DNA of 62,699 nt, counting the filler, from Globobulimina sp. (taxonomy: Eukaryota): the NCBI GenBank assembly GCA_003354225.1. It is 27 parts of 27 records of this genome, joined end to end, with 100 filler letters (N's around TTAATTAATTAA, not from the genome) between each part and the next. Parts side by side here need not be neighbours in the genome. Positions count along the whole stretch, not along the records: positions 20,946 to 23,171 come from PIVH01008053.1; positions 23,272 to 25,497 come from PIVH01008054.1; positions 25,598 to 27,823 come from PIVH01008055.1; positions 27,924 to 30,149 come from PIVH01008056.1; positions 30,250 to 32,475 come from PIVH01008057.1; positions 32,576 to 34,801 come from PIVH01008058.1; positions 34,902 to 37,126 come from PIVH01008059.1; 20 more parts are not named here. One strand, written 5' to 3'. The notes under the pieces were generated by a model, which was given only the letters and a program-made list of their open reading frames with translations, was not told where the DNA came from and ran no database searches. Every line of letters begins with the position of its first letter. Within the stretch, counting starts at the first letter, position 1. This document shows, piece after piece, positions 22,952 through 35,220 of this stretch. A program made the position numbers and the translations under genes.

Positions 22952-23042
22952 CAAAAATTGTTATATAAATTGACTAGATCCAACTAACAATTTTTGTATG
23001 TATGACTTAGTTGGATCTAGTCAATTTATATAACAATTTTTG
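22952..23042. repeat. Perfect 36-bp inverted repeat with 19-nt loop
   Basis: CAAAAATTGTTATATAAATTGACTAGATCCAACTAA (22952-22987) and its exact reverse complement at 23007-23042. Confidence 0.92.
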
Positions 23043-23271
23043 CTATGATCAATATGATCATTATATGATCACACACTACATATATCAGTACATAGAAATT
23101 TAATCATATCTATATATGATCACATGACTACATATATCCGTACAGTGGTGTATCGGATAAGATGCAGACGCNNNNNNNNNNNNNNNNNNNNNNNNNNNNN
23201 NNNNNNNNNNNNNNNTTAATTAATTAANNNNNNNNNNNNNNNNNNNNNNNNNNNNNNNNNNNNNNNNNNNN

Positions 23272-23489
23272 AGATTTAAGGATTGGGGGAGGGGGAGAAA
23301 TTTGCAGTTTCGGTAATTGGTTTTGATTTTAAATCTGTTAGTCAGAATGATCTTTCCTGTATGGGTTTGATGGGTATGTATGAACGTGCCATCCTGATCG
23401 GAGCTGTATTAACCGTGGAATCCTCTGTTGAGAAAGGGACAACCATCCGGGTGCAAATTATGCAAAGGGAGGAGGAAAATGACAATTAA
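23272..23489 (+). CDS. C-terminal fragment of a bacterial sensor histidine kinase (HATPase_c, NarX/DegS type)
   Basis: GFD..MGLMGMYERAILIGAVLTVESSVEKGTTIRV; followed by GGAGGA-ATG as for a coupled response regulator. The DxG of the G1 box is missing. Confidence 0.65.
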
Positions 23490-23559
23490 TTAATCATTTT
23501 AACATTGCATACCGGTAAGTAATACTAAGTATAACCAGTAATTCTGTATCTTTTCATCC

Positions 23560-25217
23560 GAAACCATTCCGTTGCTATTAAACTGTTTCTATGTGAATAC
23601 CGCGAACGTTAACTGCTTTATTTTTTGTATACTAAATAACAACGCATTGAGTGTAGTATAAGTCAGCAGCAGCAGACCGATGTACAACACATATAACATA
23701 AATGCCCGGCACCTGCGGAAATCGATAACATTTTCCTTTGGTTTTTCTATGCAAACTCTTTAAAAAGTGTGAATCTCTTCGATCAGAATTCTAGCATAAA
23801 ATATACTGCACAGCAACGCACCAATAATTATTCGCCCAAAATAAGTTGATCCAAATGGAATGCATAAAAAGTGTTTCCAAATGTGGACATATATCGATAT
23901 AGCAACAAAAAACGTGTACGTCGATTTCCGCAGTAACAGTAACAGTGTATATTTAGGAGTTGATAATAATTAATTATAGCATTCGCAGCGATTAGTAATA
24001 GTGATTCGTGTTTTATTGGGGCCGTCATCCAAATCAAACAAAATACGCACCAAATATGGGCAAACATGAATTGCTATGTATGACTGTATGTAACACAAAT
24101 AAAATATTATTTGTTTATCTCATACTAATTAAAATATTACAGCAATTCTAAAGAATATATAACAACAATAATTAATTATATTTATTATACATTGATCAGT
24201 ATTCGTTAAGAGTTGTTCTGATAAACATCATTATTAATCTTACAATACAAAGTGGCATTATTTAAATTCCGAATTCGTTCACAAATGATTATATTTTATC
24301 CCATTAATATTTGAACAATCGATGAGTGCGTACTTTTAAATATTACTTGGGCTTTGCCAATATCCATATGTTTCCATCAGAAACCAATCAGTTGCTATTA
24401 AACTGTTTCTATGTGAACCTTTTGACGAATTACTCAGATGCAGTAAAATTCCACTGTTTTCTTTTTTGCACTAACTAACTAAAAACAGTTATCTTATCAG
24501 CAGCAGACCGATGTACAGCACATTCCAAAGTCCAAACATATGATATTAATGTGCCGCAGCTGCGGAAATCGATAACATTTTGCTTTAGTTTTTCTATGCA
24601 AACTACTTAAAAAGTGTGAATCTCTTCGGAATTCTATCATAAAATACACAATATTCAGCATTATAATTATTCAGCCCATAATAAGTTGCGCCAAATCAAA
24701 TGGAATAAAATACACGAAATGTGTTTCCAAATGTGGACAGATATCGTACGAGTTCCGCGTAACAGTGATAGTGTATATTTAGGAGTTGATAATAATTAAT
24801 TATAGGATTCGCAGCGATTAGTAATTGTTGATGATTAAATAGTGATACATCCAAATTACACCATCCTAATAAATATTGAATGAACTGAAGCCAAAACAAA
24901 AAAATAAATTGATATATGTATGTATTAAACACAAATAAAATAAAGGAAAAATATTATTTGTTTATCTCATACTAATTAAAATATTACAGCAATTCTAAAG
25001 AATATAACAACAATAATTAATTATATTTATTATACATTGATCAGTATTCGTGATGGGATAATTTAATGGCTTGAATGAAGAGGTTTATATTAAGAGTTGT
25101 TTCTGATAAACATCATTATTAATCTTACAATACAAAGTGTGAGCCAAATGTCATTATTTGAATTCCGTTATTTAAATTAACAATAGATCGATGAGGATGT
25201 GTACTTTTTAAATATTA
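23560..25217. repeat. Diverged tandem duplication, two units of ~820 bp
   Basis: Collinear shared blocks, e.g. GTTGCTATTAAACTGTTTCTATGTGAA (23571/24391), CAGCAGCAGACCGATGTACA, TGCGGAAATCGATAACATTTT, AAATATTATTTGTTTATCTCATACTAATTAAAATATTACAGC. Confidence 0.9.
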
Positions 25218-25597
25218 ATTGTTTATCCACGTTTGTTTGTGTCTTTTGTGATCGCTATTATCATTGAGTCTGCCTTGATGTGGTTGAAAAATAAACTGTT
25301 TTTTATTTAGTATTATCACACATCGCTAAAGTAGCCCTAAATATACATGTGTACTGCTAATGGACAAATATGACTCATGATCACTGATCAAATCAATGAT
25401 AGCAAAATGTTTAGTAACTGCAGAAAAAATTCATATAATCAAACTAAATAAATTATTAATATCAATTCACAAATTAGCAAAGTATACAAACTGCAAANNN
25501 NNNNNNNNNNNNNNNNNNNNNNNNNNNNNNNNNNNNNNNNNTTAATTAATTAANNNNNNNNNNNNNNNNNNNNNNNNNNNNNNNNNNNNNNNNNNNN

Positions 25598-26478
25598 TCT
25601 CTTTTACACTTATTATCCACTGACACATTCACTGCGCGTTCGTTCGTTTTATTGACGTTCATTTTATTAACATGCATATGAGTACATCGCAAGGACTCAA
25701 TTACTTTGTCTTTTGATTGGATTTCTTTCTCTAACTCACCTAATCGTTTCTGAAGATATAGCATATTAGTTTTATATGCATCGTCATCATTATTTATTGG
25801 ACATTTTGTATCCTCCTCGATCTCAGCTGGACTTTCTCCAATCTCTTCCATCAAATTATCCATTAATTTATCGATTTCTTCATCTTTTCGTGCCTGCGAT
25901 TTATTGGATTGTTCATCAGTGAGCTCTGAATCCAACACAATAATTTCTACATCTTTTTTAGTGGTTTCTCCACCGTTTTTCATTTCGAATTTCACTCTGT
26001 TTCTGAATTGTAATTTCGTTTTGTTTTTGTGTTTCGTTGTATGCGGTTTTTTATATTGTTTAATATATTTAATATCATCAACAAACACATATTTTATTAT
26101 CACTTTTTTGCCTTTAAATATTGCGCGTTGTTTATCGATCCATTTTTGTTGCTTATTTTTAAATATTTTCAGCGATCGGTGGTACCATTTTTTCTCTTTA
26201 TTTATAGTCACCAAAGTTTCTTTCAATAATTTCATTTTTAAGTTATAATTTTCTTTCCGCAATTCGCCAATGCGAGGATTGGATGACTGCTTTGCGTGTT
26301 TTTGCTTTTTACATTTTAAGTGTAGCAATTGCGATTTTATCACTTTATTCTTTTTCTCACTTTTGTCTAATTTTTGTTGCAAAGTAGCACATTTTTTTCG
26401 TTCGTCTTCATATTCTTTTCTCATGTCACTTTTTATTTTTTTCTTATCTTTGGGTTTATAAAACGTATTATTGATCAT
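25598..26478 (-). CDS. Lys-rich coiled-coil hypothetical protein (truncated)
   Basis: Open frame of ~290 aa with heptad-like K/E/L pattern. Confidence 0.55.
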
Positions 26479-26913
26479 CAGTAAATTAACAATTGATGTG
26501 TTTTTATGTTTATATCAATTGTCAATGTACCAATGATCTGTCAATTGTTATATTAATATTATATTAATATTATACTAATATTATACCGGTGTTCCTTTGC
26601 TTTCGTAATTGTTTAACTGTTTTTGTTTGATGATTGAACTTTGATTTCATTTGTTGCAATTGGTCCAGTAATTGCTTATTGTTTAAAGCACCTTTTACTG
26701 GTTTATTATTCATGTTGAATGAATGTTGTCAAGTTTAACCCTTTAAATGTGCAATGGCCGCTTCTCAAAAAAAAAACCTTTTGCTAAAACCAATCACCTA
26801 ATTTATAAGCGATTATTTGTAGCGTCCGCATTCGACAACAATCGGTGTCGTCGGTGCGTATGGATCATTAATATTATAGTTCCTGAACATAAAATTCATC
26901 AAAAAAAAGTGTT

Positions 26914-27663
26914 TCAAAGATCAAGAATTTTTTCTGTTGTATGAAACACATCATCTGTTGTCATGTTTTCATCCACATCAATCTGAAACGTTCTTGGTTC
27001 ATTTTGTTGCATAAGCTCAAATCCTATAAATCTCACAGAAACATCACTTTTATACTTTTCAACAGAATCAATGCCGAAACTGTCTATATATTCCTTTAAT
27101 GTCTGGCCACGTCCTTCTGCTGATTTGGTATCCCTGGCAATAATACGTTTTGTAAGCAATGTGATTGGCGTATTAAGAATTATAAATATCAAATCTTTAC
27201 TCAATACACTTCTTAAATATTTTCTAACAGAATACGGATAAACCGATTGAGAACAGATTATATTTTTTTCATTGTATTTGGAACTTACTTTTAGAATTTC
27301 CTTTGCCAATAAAGCATAGAATGGTTTCCATACAGATAACGGCGGATTTTCACCTTTGAACAATGCATTCCATCCATGTTTAACTGCTAAGTTATCATAC
27401 ACATCAATCAATTCCTTTGATCTGTTTTTTAATGATTGAGGAGCAATGGCTTTACCAGCATCGCGCAATGGATCTTGTCCATAGGCCCATTGATCACAGT
27501 CAAAATGGACCCAATTATGTCTTTTTTTGAAATTCTCACCCAATGTGGTTTTGCCTGCACCTGAACATCCAACAACAAACACTAAAATACCTTTCTGTGG
27601 TTGGTTTTCAAATATTTGAAGAATATCATCAATTAATTTAATAGTGATTGCTGACATCATCAA
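26914..27663 (-). CDS. P-loop small-molecule kinase (gluconate/shikimate/nucleotide kinase-like)
   Basis: VVGCSGAGKTTLG, WVHFDCD, FIILN..LLTKRIIAR. Confidence 0.8.
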   Translation of the reverse strand: MMMSAITIKLIDDILQIFENQPQKGILVFVVGCSGAGKTTLGENFKKRHNWVHFDCDQWAYGQDPLRDAGKAIAPQSLKNRSKELIDVYDNLAVKHGWNALFKGENPPLSVWKPFYALLAKEILKVSSKYNEKNIICSQSVYPYSVRKYLRSVLSKDLIFIILNTPITLLTKRIIARDTKSAEGRGQTLKEYIDSFGIDSVEKYKSDVSVRFIGFELMQQNEPRTFQIDVDENMTTDDVFHTTEKILDL

Positions 27664-28165
27664 ATAACTTCAAAAGTTTTTATATTAACAATTAATGTTT
27701 ATAATATCAAGAATACTAATATTCTTGCACAGTACACAAAATGTAACTAACTGACAAAACAATAAAGACATGCACAAAATTAACATATTTCGCTTATTTT
27801 ACAGAAACAAAAAAACAAAGACTNNNNNNNNNNNNNNNNNNNNNNNNNNNNNNNNNNNNNNNNNNNNTTAATTAATTAANNNNNNNNNNNNNNNNNNNNN
27901 NNNNNNNNNNNNNNNNNNNNNNNCCCTAATATTAATCCCAAAATATGCGGTTTTTCACAATTAAGTGAATTAACTGTATACTGTTATTACTGTATACTTA
28001 TTTGAAATAAATTGCTGATTGCCGACGTCCAAATAAATTGCATCTAATAGTATAGTATAAGTATATGCAAAATTAAAAAAAACTTAAAAAAAAAAAAAAA
28101 TAATTAAAAAAAAATAAAGAAAAATTTAAATTAAAAATAAATCATAATATTAATAAATATACTTT

Positions 28166-29188
28166 TCACAAATCATCCCATACAGTTTGTGATTGCATTT
28201 CCGATGTATGCAATTTTTGCATCACATAAGACGTTATTACTACGCCCATAACAGACACCATAGTTAATAACATAATCAATTCTTGAACATTTTTCATCGG
28301 ATCTGTATAATCAGCACCGTTATTAATAGCATTTGCTGCGATAATTGCACTATGAAGCAATGGATCATAACATTCAATTCTTAGTTGCGATGTCGATGAG
28401 TTACTGTCTGATCCTTCAGCTAAATTGCCTGAAAATTCAATGGTATACGCTTCACCAATATTAAAATCATTAAATTCCATTTTATGCTCATGTCTGCCAC
28501 CAATATTCATACTAAATTGCAATTCATTCATATCATCATAAACCTGCACCAAACACCAACCAAAATCGCATATAAACACAAACTGTGAAATATACGATGG
28601 ATTATCCGAATTTACATGTGTTTCTATACAGAAACGCTTAATTTCACCATTGTTTGATGTGATTGTCTGCCCACAAATATTTTGATCACACTGCATACAT
28701 TCAACAGTAACATCATGTGTTATATTAATTGCTGGCGGGATTAGTCTCAACGGAATTGAAATATTGCTACTTTTATGTGGATAATAATTATCCACATCAA
28801 ATCCATAATATTTTGTTAAATATCTGGTTGCTGCGGGCGGAATAAATATATTTGGATTATACGATCCATCAACGACATCAGCTGTGATACAACCAAAATT
28901 ATGATATGGTGCGGATAATATTAATTGATTGGTATTGGAGGATGTTTCTACGCATATTACTGCAAACTGTGATGCTTTTATTGTGATTGTGTCATTGCAA
29001 TGCATTACTGATTGGCATTTTTGGCTTGATTTTAATTTTTGATGAGCATTTGTGTGATATTTTGCTTTGTTTCTCTGTGGTCTGTTTATGATTGATGTTG
29101 ATGTTGATGTTGATGGATGTGTCGAATTAACAATTATAAATAATAAATATAATAATGATACAACAGTGTTAATGATATTAATGTGCAT
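28166..29188 (-). CDS. Type I membrane protein with Cys-containing ectodomain
   Basis: Signal peptide, two related C..TI..CxET modules, C-terminal TM helix. Confidence 0.7.
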   Translation of the reverse strand: MHINIINTVVSLLYLLFIIVNSTHPSTSTSTSIINRPQRNKAKYHTNAHQKLKSSQKCQSVMHCNDTITIKASQFAVICVETSSNTNQLILSAPYHNFGCITADVVDGSYNPNIFIPPAATRYLTKYYGFDVDNYYPHKSSNISIPLRLIPPAINITHDVTVECMQCDQNICGQTITSNNGEIKRFCIETHVNSDNPSYISQFVFICDFGWCLVQVYDDMNELQFSMNIGGRHEHKMEFNDFNIGEAYTIEFSGNLAEGSDSNSSTSQLRIECYDPLLHSAIIAANAINNGADYTDPMKNVQELIMLLTMVSVMGVVITSYVMQKLHTSEMQSQTVWDDL

Positions 29189-29376
29189 AATTCACAAATA
29201 TAATATTTGTACTTAATTTGTACTTTAATGAGGTGCCATGGAGTTGCCTTCACGGACTTAAACAGTACACAAAATTTTGAGCTCGAGCACGAAAAGATGT
29301 ATTTAAACAATGCTAAATCTAAGATAAACAATTAATTTCTTCTAGTATCCAACATGATATTGTACATTTAATATGT

Positions 29377-30149
29377 TTATAAAGACATGCATATAAATGC
29401 AATAAAAAATGCGGATGTAAACATATCAATGGCAAACATTAAACTCGCAGTCGCAGAGCTTGTATTAAGTGGGGCATTGGATACAATGCCAGTAATTTTA
29501 CAATCAATCATTTCAAATTCAGGTTCGCAAAACACCATAAATGTTGCAACATCATCTTGAATCTCTTCTGATAAAATATCATTTTTCTTTTGTGTGTCCG
29601 TAACAATTTTATCAAATTGTTTTTGTGCAATCAAATCATTGTCAAATACAACATCCAATTTAAATTTAATCGCATATTTATCTGTACAAACATTTTTAAT
29701 ATTACTTTCATCCATGTTAACAACAACTAATTCATCACAAAGCATATCATCCAAATGCCATGAAATATCATATTTGCGTGAATAATAATCATAAAATGAT
29801 TGCTTTAGACATCTCATAATAACTGCATGATCCGCAGGTACTGCACAGGCATTACATTCTCCATCAATAGTAAAAAAATCCAATGTATCATCCGTGACAC
29901 CATCACAATATTCATCTGAATCTTCATTACTATCATGGTCATGGGACTCATGGCTAGTGAGTGTTGGATCAATTATAACCTCTGATGTAATGAATGTAGT
30001 CTCAACTGCAATGTTTGTTAATTGTGTGGTGTCGATAATAAATGTGCTGGAAACCTCTGTCTGTTCAGGTGTTGCTGTTGTTGTTGTCACATTATTCCAA
30101 CAAACTGCATGTGCTGTATCAGTTATTGTTGTCCCTGAATAGCTGCTTA
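29377..30149 (-). CDS. Thr-rich, acidic cell-surface protein with hydrophobic (GPI-signal-like) tail, 5' truncated
   Basis: TTTTATPE tract, HESHDHDSNEDSDE, terminal hydrophobic stretch. Confidence 0.65.
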
Positions 30150-30438
30150 NNNNNNNNNNNNNNNNNNNNNNNNNNNNNNNNNNNNNNNNNNNNTTAATTA
30201 ATTAANNNNNNNNNNNNNNNNNNNNNNNNNNNNNNNNNNNNNNNNNNNNCGAAAAAAACAAAATAAATTATTATACATTGCTATAGGCAAAAAAAAAAGT
30301 GTGATATATATATAAGAACAATTCAACAAAAAGCAGCAAAAGAAGCAGAAAAGAGAATATAAATATAAATATTATATATAATTAGCAAAAATAATATAAA
30401 CCCACTTTAATTCAACACATACAGTGTACGAAACAGCA

Positions 30439-32297
30439 TCACTTAATCAATGGTGAATACTCATCAATTACATTTTCAACTTGTTGCGATCGAATATATC
30501 CGTTAAATATATCGTTGCCGTGGACATCCTTAGCTTGCATCAATGCTTTTAGCTGTGTTTTATTATTAAAATATTGATTTAAAACCCATTCGACCACGCA
30601 AACATTATCAGATTGGCATGCTTTCATCAATAAAGTGACCTGATCACAGTCGGTCATATTTAACAATTCAAATATTTTATTTTCATCGTTGGACTTAAAT
30701 GAGCTCTGAGTATATTCATAATATTCCAACAAATCATCGGCAATTCCGATACATGGATTAGTCGTCGCAATCATCAATAGGTTGTAGCCACATTCATACC
30801 TATAAAACAATAATTTATTGCCCAATTTTATACCAATATATGATGATATAATTGCCTGTAAAATAGCACTCGCATTGTGTCTCGTTGCTGACTCTAACAT
30901 TTTAAAACAATTTATGCCGTCCGATTCATCAATGGATATCTTTCGCAATTTAATGAGTTCCTCAATGTATGATTTATCACCGCTTTTTATACATTTCTCA
31001 ATCATATCCCATTCGTGCTTCTCTTCATTATCATTTGCACCCTCTTTCTCTTCCTCGTCCTCTTCATTATCATTTGGGTCCACAGCACTTAATAAGCCCT
31101 GTATATCCACTTCCGAATGTTCATCAAATATCTCGTATTGCAACAATTTATGCTTAACAACATTTAATTCTTCCTGCAATGACAATAACTCCTTACCAAC
31201 ACTGTGATTATTGTTTGATTTATATTCTTCAAATTCGTTTTTAATATTTGAATTATCCGTTTTTAAGCCATCCATTTGTTGCAACTGTTGCGTGATTTGT
31301 TGTTTTAATGACATATTCATATTTTGCAACAATATCATTCTCCGCCGCATGGCTTTCATATTAGGCATATTATCAACGTCATCGCTAAAGTATTCCTCCT
31401 TGGTTTCGTACATATAATTTTCTAATGGTTCCTGTTTCTGTATAATGCAAATAACACAACATACAAATTCAAATTTAAAAAACACTTTTTTGTATACAAG
31501 CAACGAAAACACCTAACAATATGCTGAATAATTGCGTTTTTATTGGTGGGCGTAGGAATGGACACATTTTGAGCGGGCAGAATTGGCATCATATCGTCCG
31601 AAGACATGGACATATTTTCAAATTGGTGGTATTCAGAATGATGCGCATACAACGTATGCATTTTAGTCATAATGTCATCATTCATAATATCATGGATAGA
31701 CATATCGTAATCGGGTATGGGTACCACCACTTTCTGTGCGTCAATATTATTCATAGTATCCTCCTCATCTTCATCCTCATACTCATACTCATATCCATCC
31801 ATATCATCAAAATTAGCCTTCTCATCCATTTTATTCTCTTCTTGTACATGGATATCGGCTGCATATTCTTCTTCTTTTTCGTCATCACCAAAGCCATCAA
31901 ACTCAACACCAACATCAACATCAATGTCATCATCATTTACAATGCTATTTATAAGGTCAATTGTGTCTCGTTTCTGCAATGTATACTTCTGCTCATCCTC
32001 CTCACCGTCGCTGCTGTCACAGCTCCCATCGCCAAGCACATGCAACTCGTCCGCAATAAAGGCGGTGATGGTATGCTGATACGCTTGGTTCAGAGTTTCT
32101 TTTTTCATATCATCCATTATCACATTCAATTGGTTTACAATCTCTGTGTCGGTTTCAGAGCGAACTACCGTGCTGACAACGGATCCGATCTCGGCAAATA
32201 TAGCACCGGTTGCACTTACACTGCGCACAGTGCCTATACCGCCATCTACATCGGCCACGGTCATATCTGCCACGGGGACATGTTCGCTGTCACTCAC
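30439..32297 (-). CDS. Acidic coiled-coil protein with C-terminal ankyrin-like repeats, 2 exons (intron 31438-31517)
   Basis: Intron GTTAGG..TACAG joins QHI|KQEPLE in frame; ankyrin-like GYNLLMIAT, TLLMKACQSDNVCVVEWVL, KDVHGN. Confidence 0.7.
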
Positions 32298-32575
32298 TAC
32301 GCTTCGCTCACTGTTCCAACTCCTTTATATTGCATATAACCACAACATTTGTACGTATTATATATTTGATGTGTATATGGTACAAAACTGTAAATGCAGT
32401 GCGTTGAATGATGGCGAGCCCATTTTAGATTTATAATTTTGATCATAAATATAGGCACCATACGATTGGGAGACCNNNNNNNNNNNNNNNNNNNNNNNNN
32501 NNNNNNNNNNNNNNNNNNNTTAATTAATTAANNNNNNNNNNNNNNNNNNNNNNNNNNNNNNNNNNNNNNNNNNNN

Positions 32576-33818
32576 ACCGCCAAAAAGAAGAAAAAAGACA
32601 ACGAGAAGAAAAAGAAAAAGAAGAAAGGCAAGAAAGGCAGCAAAGGTTCGTCCGCCGACGAGGAAAAAAAAGAAAACAAAAAGAAATCAAAACTCTCCAA
32701 ACAAGGCATGCTTTTTTTTATTTTTCCCGCCTTCAATGTCCGATGAAACCCAAACATGAACAGACGAGGAGTTCCGGTCCAGGTTGGAGGCAGATATTAT
32801 ATCGGAAGCGCCGGACATTTGTTTCAAGGACGTGCAGGGTTTAGCCAATGTGAAATTGGCCTTATATGAGACCATCATATTACCCGCAATGCGGCCGGAA
32901 TTGTTCACCGGTCTGCGGACCCCGACTGGCGGCTTGTTACTGTTCGGGCCGCCCGGAAACGGCAAGACTATGATCGCAAAGTGCGTGGCAGCCGGCTGCG
33001 GCTCTACTTTTTTCAGCATCTCTGCGTCGTCCATCACGTCCAAATTCGTGGGCGATGCGGAGCGAATAATGCGTTCATTGTTCGATTTGGCTCGCGAGAA
33101 GTCGCCGAGCATCATCTTTATCGACGAGATTGACAGTATGTTGACGGCGCGCGGCGGTAAGAACGAGGCGGAGTCGTCGCGGAGGATCAAGACGGAGTTT
33201 CTGATCCAGTTCGATGGCGTGAAGAAGGCGTCGGATTCGGCCAAACGAGTGCTGGTGATCGGTGCGACCAATTTGCCCGCTCAGTTGGATGAGGCCGTGT
33301 TGCGCAGATTTGGCAAACGGATAATGGTTCCTTTGCCGGATAGCGACACTCGGAGAGGCATATTGCGACTGTTGATGAGCAAACAAAAGACAGTGTTGGC
33401 GGATGAGGATTACGATGCCATTGTGTCTGGCTGCGACGGTTATTCCTGCAGCGATTTGTCCACTTTGTGTAAGGATGCGGCCATGGGACCCATTCGCAGT
33501 TTGGGGGCCAAGATATTGGAGATCAAGAACCAAGCGGATATGCCTGCGATTAAGAAGTGCCATTTCGACGAGTCGTTGCTAAATGTGCGCCCCTCGTTGA
33601 CTCAGGGCAGTTTGAATTATTTTAAGGAATGGAATGATAAGTTTGGGTCCAAGATACATCTGAGTTTGAGCGCGTTGCCGGAGGATATGAGGCCGTATAC
33701 GCTGGAGCAATTGCGCGAAATTGAGAGGAAGCGCGAAGAACAGGAGTTGGCGGATAAAGCGGCACAGGAAGCGGCTGAGAAAGCTGAGCAGGAATCGAGT
33801 GATGAAGATAGTGATTAA
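32576..33818 (+). CDS. SPAST: Spastin-like microtubule-severing AAA ATPase (5' truncated; intron ending 32763)
   Basis: LRTPTGGLLLFGPPGNGKTMIAK, ISASSITSKFVG, IFIDEIDS, SRRIKTEFLIQFDG, GATN..LDEAVLRRF, WNDKFGS. Confidence 0.9.
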
Positions 33819-34160
33819 ATGACCTTTTCTCTTTCGAATATCATTTTGCGTTCTTTTGCATATATATCATTATATTTTCTGATATTGTTTTGCTATGCAG
33901 TGTAGATCAATTGTTGCGTTTTTTTTTGTCTGTTTTTCGATGGCGATATGTTATGTAATTAATACTTTGTTAATTGTGTTATTTTCCTTATGAATGTTTT
34001 TTTCTTTTTATAGATCACTTATTTTATTTTCTATTTGTTTTACTTGCGTTATTTCTCATTATCATTCACCATTTTTTTTATACATACTAGTGACTGCAAA
34101 TATTTTTTTAGGTATTTGTGAATATTTATTATATTAAAATATGCACCGCAATGATTATGC

Positions 34161-34356
34161 AATTGACTTTTTAGGCTTAAACTTCTAAACACTTCTTTTG
34201 TGATTGGCAAGGTTTTTGGGTTAGCTAGAGTGGTTTTCAACTTTGAATACTATGATTCGAAACCTAGGTCAACTTCGAATACTAGGTTGTAGCTAGCCCA
34301 AAAACCTTGCCAATCACAAAAGAAGTGTTTAGAAGTTTAAGCCTAAAAAGTCAATT
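34161..34356. mobile_element. Palindromic MITE-like element, family A, full copy
   Basis: 60-bp perfect inverted arms (34161-34220/34297-34356); near-identical sequence at 46263-46426 on another contig. Confidence 0.85.
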
Positions 34357-34363
34357 ATCCCTA

Positions 34364-34801
34364 ATGACCAAATCTTATATTTTCCAACTTTCAAATGAAA
34401 GTTTTCACGTAAAAATGCTGAACTCCATTATTCCGTCATGGATGAAATATGGCCAAGAGCCAGACGACAAAGATAAAGAAGATGATGAGGAAAAAAAAGA
34501 AAATAGCAACGATGATTCTGGGCAAGAACCGGTTTTTGTTGCGAGTCTATCTGACTTTAATAATACTGACAGAAAAATAGTTCATATAACACAAATACTT
34601 AAAAAAAATGGAAAAAAAAATGAAAGACCAATAATTGTTTTAAAAGTGTCAAATGAATTTCATGCGTTAGATTTACGATGTTATCATGCGGGCGGCCCAT
34701 TATCAATGGGTGATATTGAGGATATTGAGGGTAATTTATGTATCAAGTGTCCATGGCATGGATATATTATCAAAATAGAAACTGGGGAGGGATTATATTA
34801 T
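34364..34801 (+). CDS. Rieske [2Fe-2S] domain protein (RFESD-like), truncated
   Basis: CYHAGGPL..GDIEDI..CIKCPWHGY..ETGEGLY. Start is uncertain (ATG at 34364 or 34416). Confidence 0.88.
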
Positions 34802-34901
34802 NNNNNNNNNNNNNNNNNNNNNNNNNNNNNNNNNNNNNNNNNNNNTTAATTAATTAANNNNNNNNNNNNNNNNNNNNNNNNNNNNNNNNNNNNNNNNNNN
34901 N

Positions 34902-35169
34902 CTGTTAATTGTTTCAATGATGAATATTTAGTAGCTGCATAGTCTAAACCAATTATTGGGTTACATTTTGGGTATAAATTGGTGTTGTATACGTAAAGTG
35001 GTGGTGGTCGGCATGCGTAAGGTTTAGGTTTATGTTGAGGTTGTACAGTTGTTGGATGTGTTACGCTGTTTTCTGATAAGTTTGGAATTGGATCTCCAGC
35101 GTAGACAAATGGATTATTTTCTGGCGCTGCTGTCTCATTTGTTTTACTTTTACAGGCTTTAGAGCCCAT
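34902..35169 (-). CDS. N-terminal fragment with myristoylation/palmitoylation-like start
   Basis: MGSKACKS start, Pro-rich, runs into the contig end. Confidence 0.45.
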
Positions 35170-35220
35170 GACACCTATTTTAAATATAATTTTATAGACG
35201 AAAATAGTGGTGCTTTGACC

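Noticed and set aside
23940-24010. rRNA-like fragment within the tandem duplicate
   Set aside because: Only a few bases resemble SSU rRNA; no extended conserved rRNA sequence.
26548-26585. TATTAATATTA tandem repeat
   Set aside because: Short AT-only low-complexity sequence, expected in this genome.
31521-33563. Long antisense ORFs (31521-32339, 32687-33271, 33075-33563)
   Set aside because: Shadow frames of acidic or GC-richer real genes, with no motifs of their own.
34049-34363. ORF 34049-34240 and the N-terminus of ORF 34307-34849 sharing PITKEVFRSLSLKSQL
   Set aside because: Both are translations of the two arms of the palindromic element.
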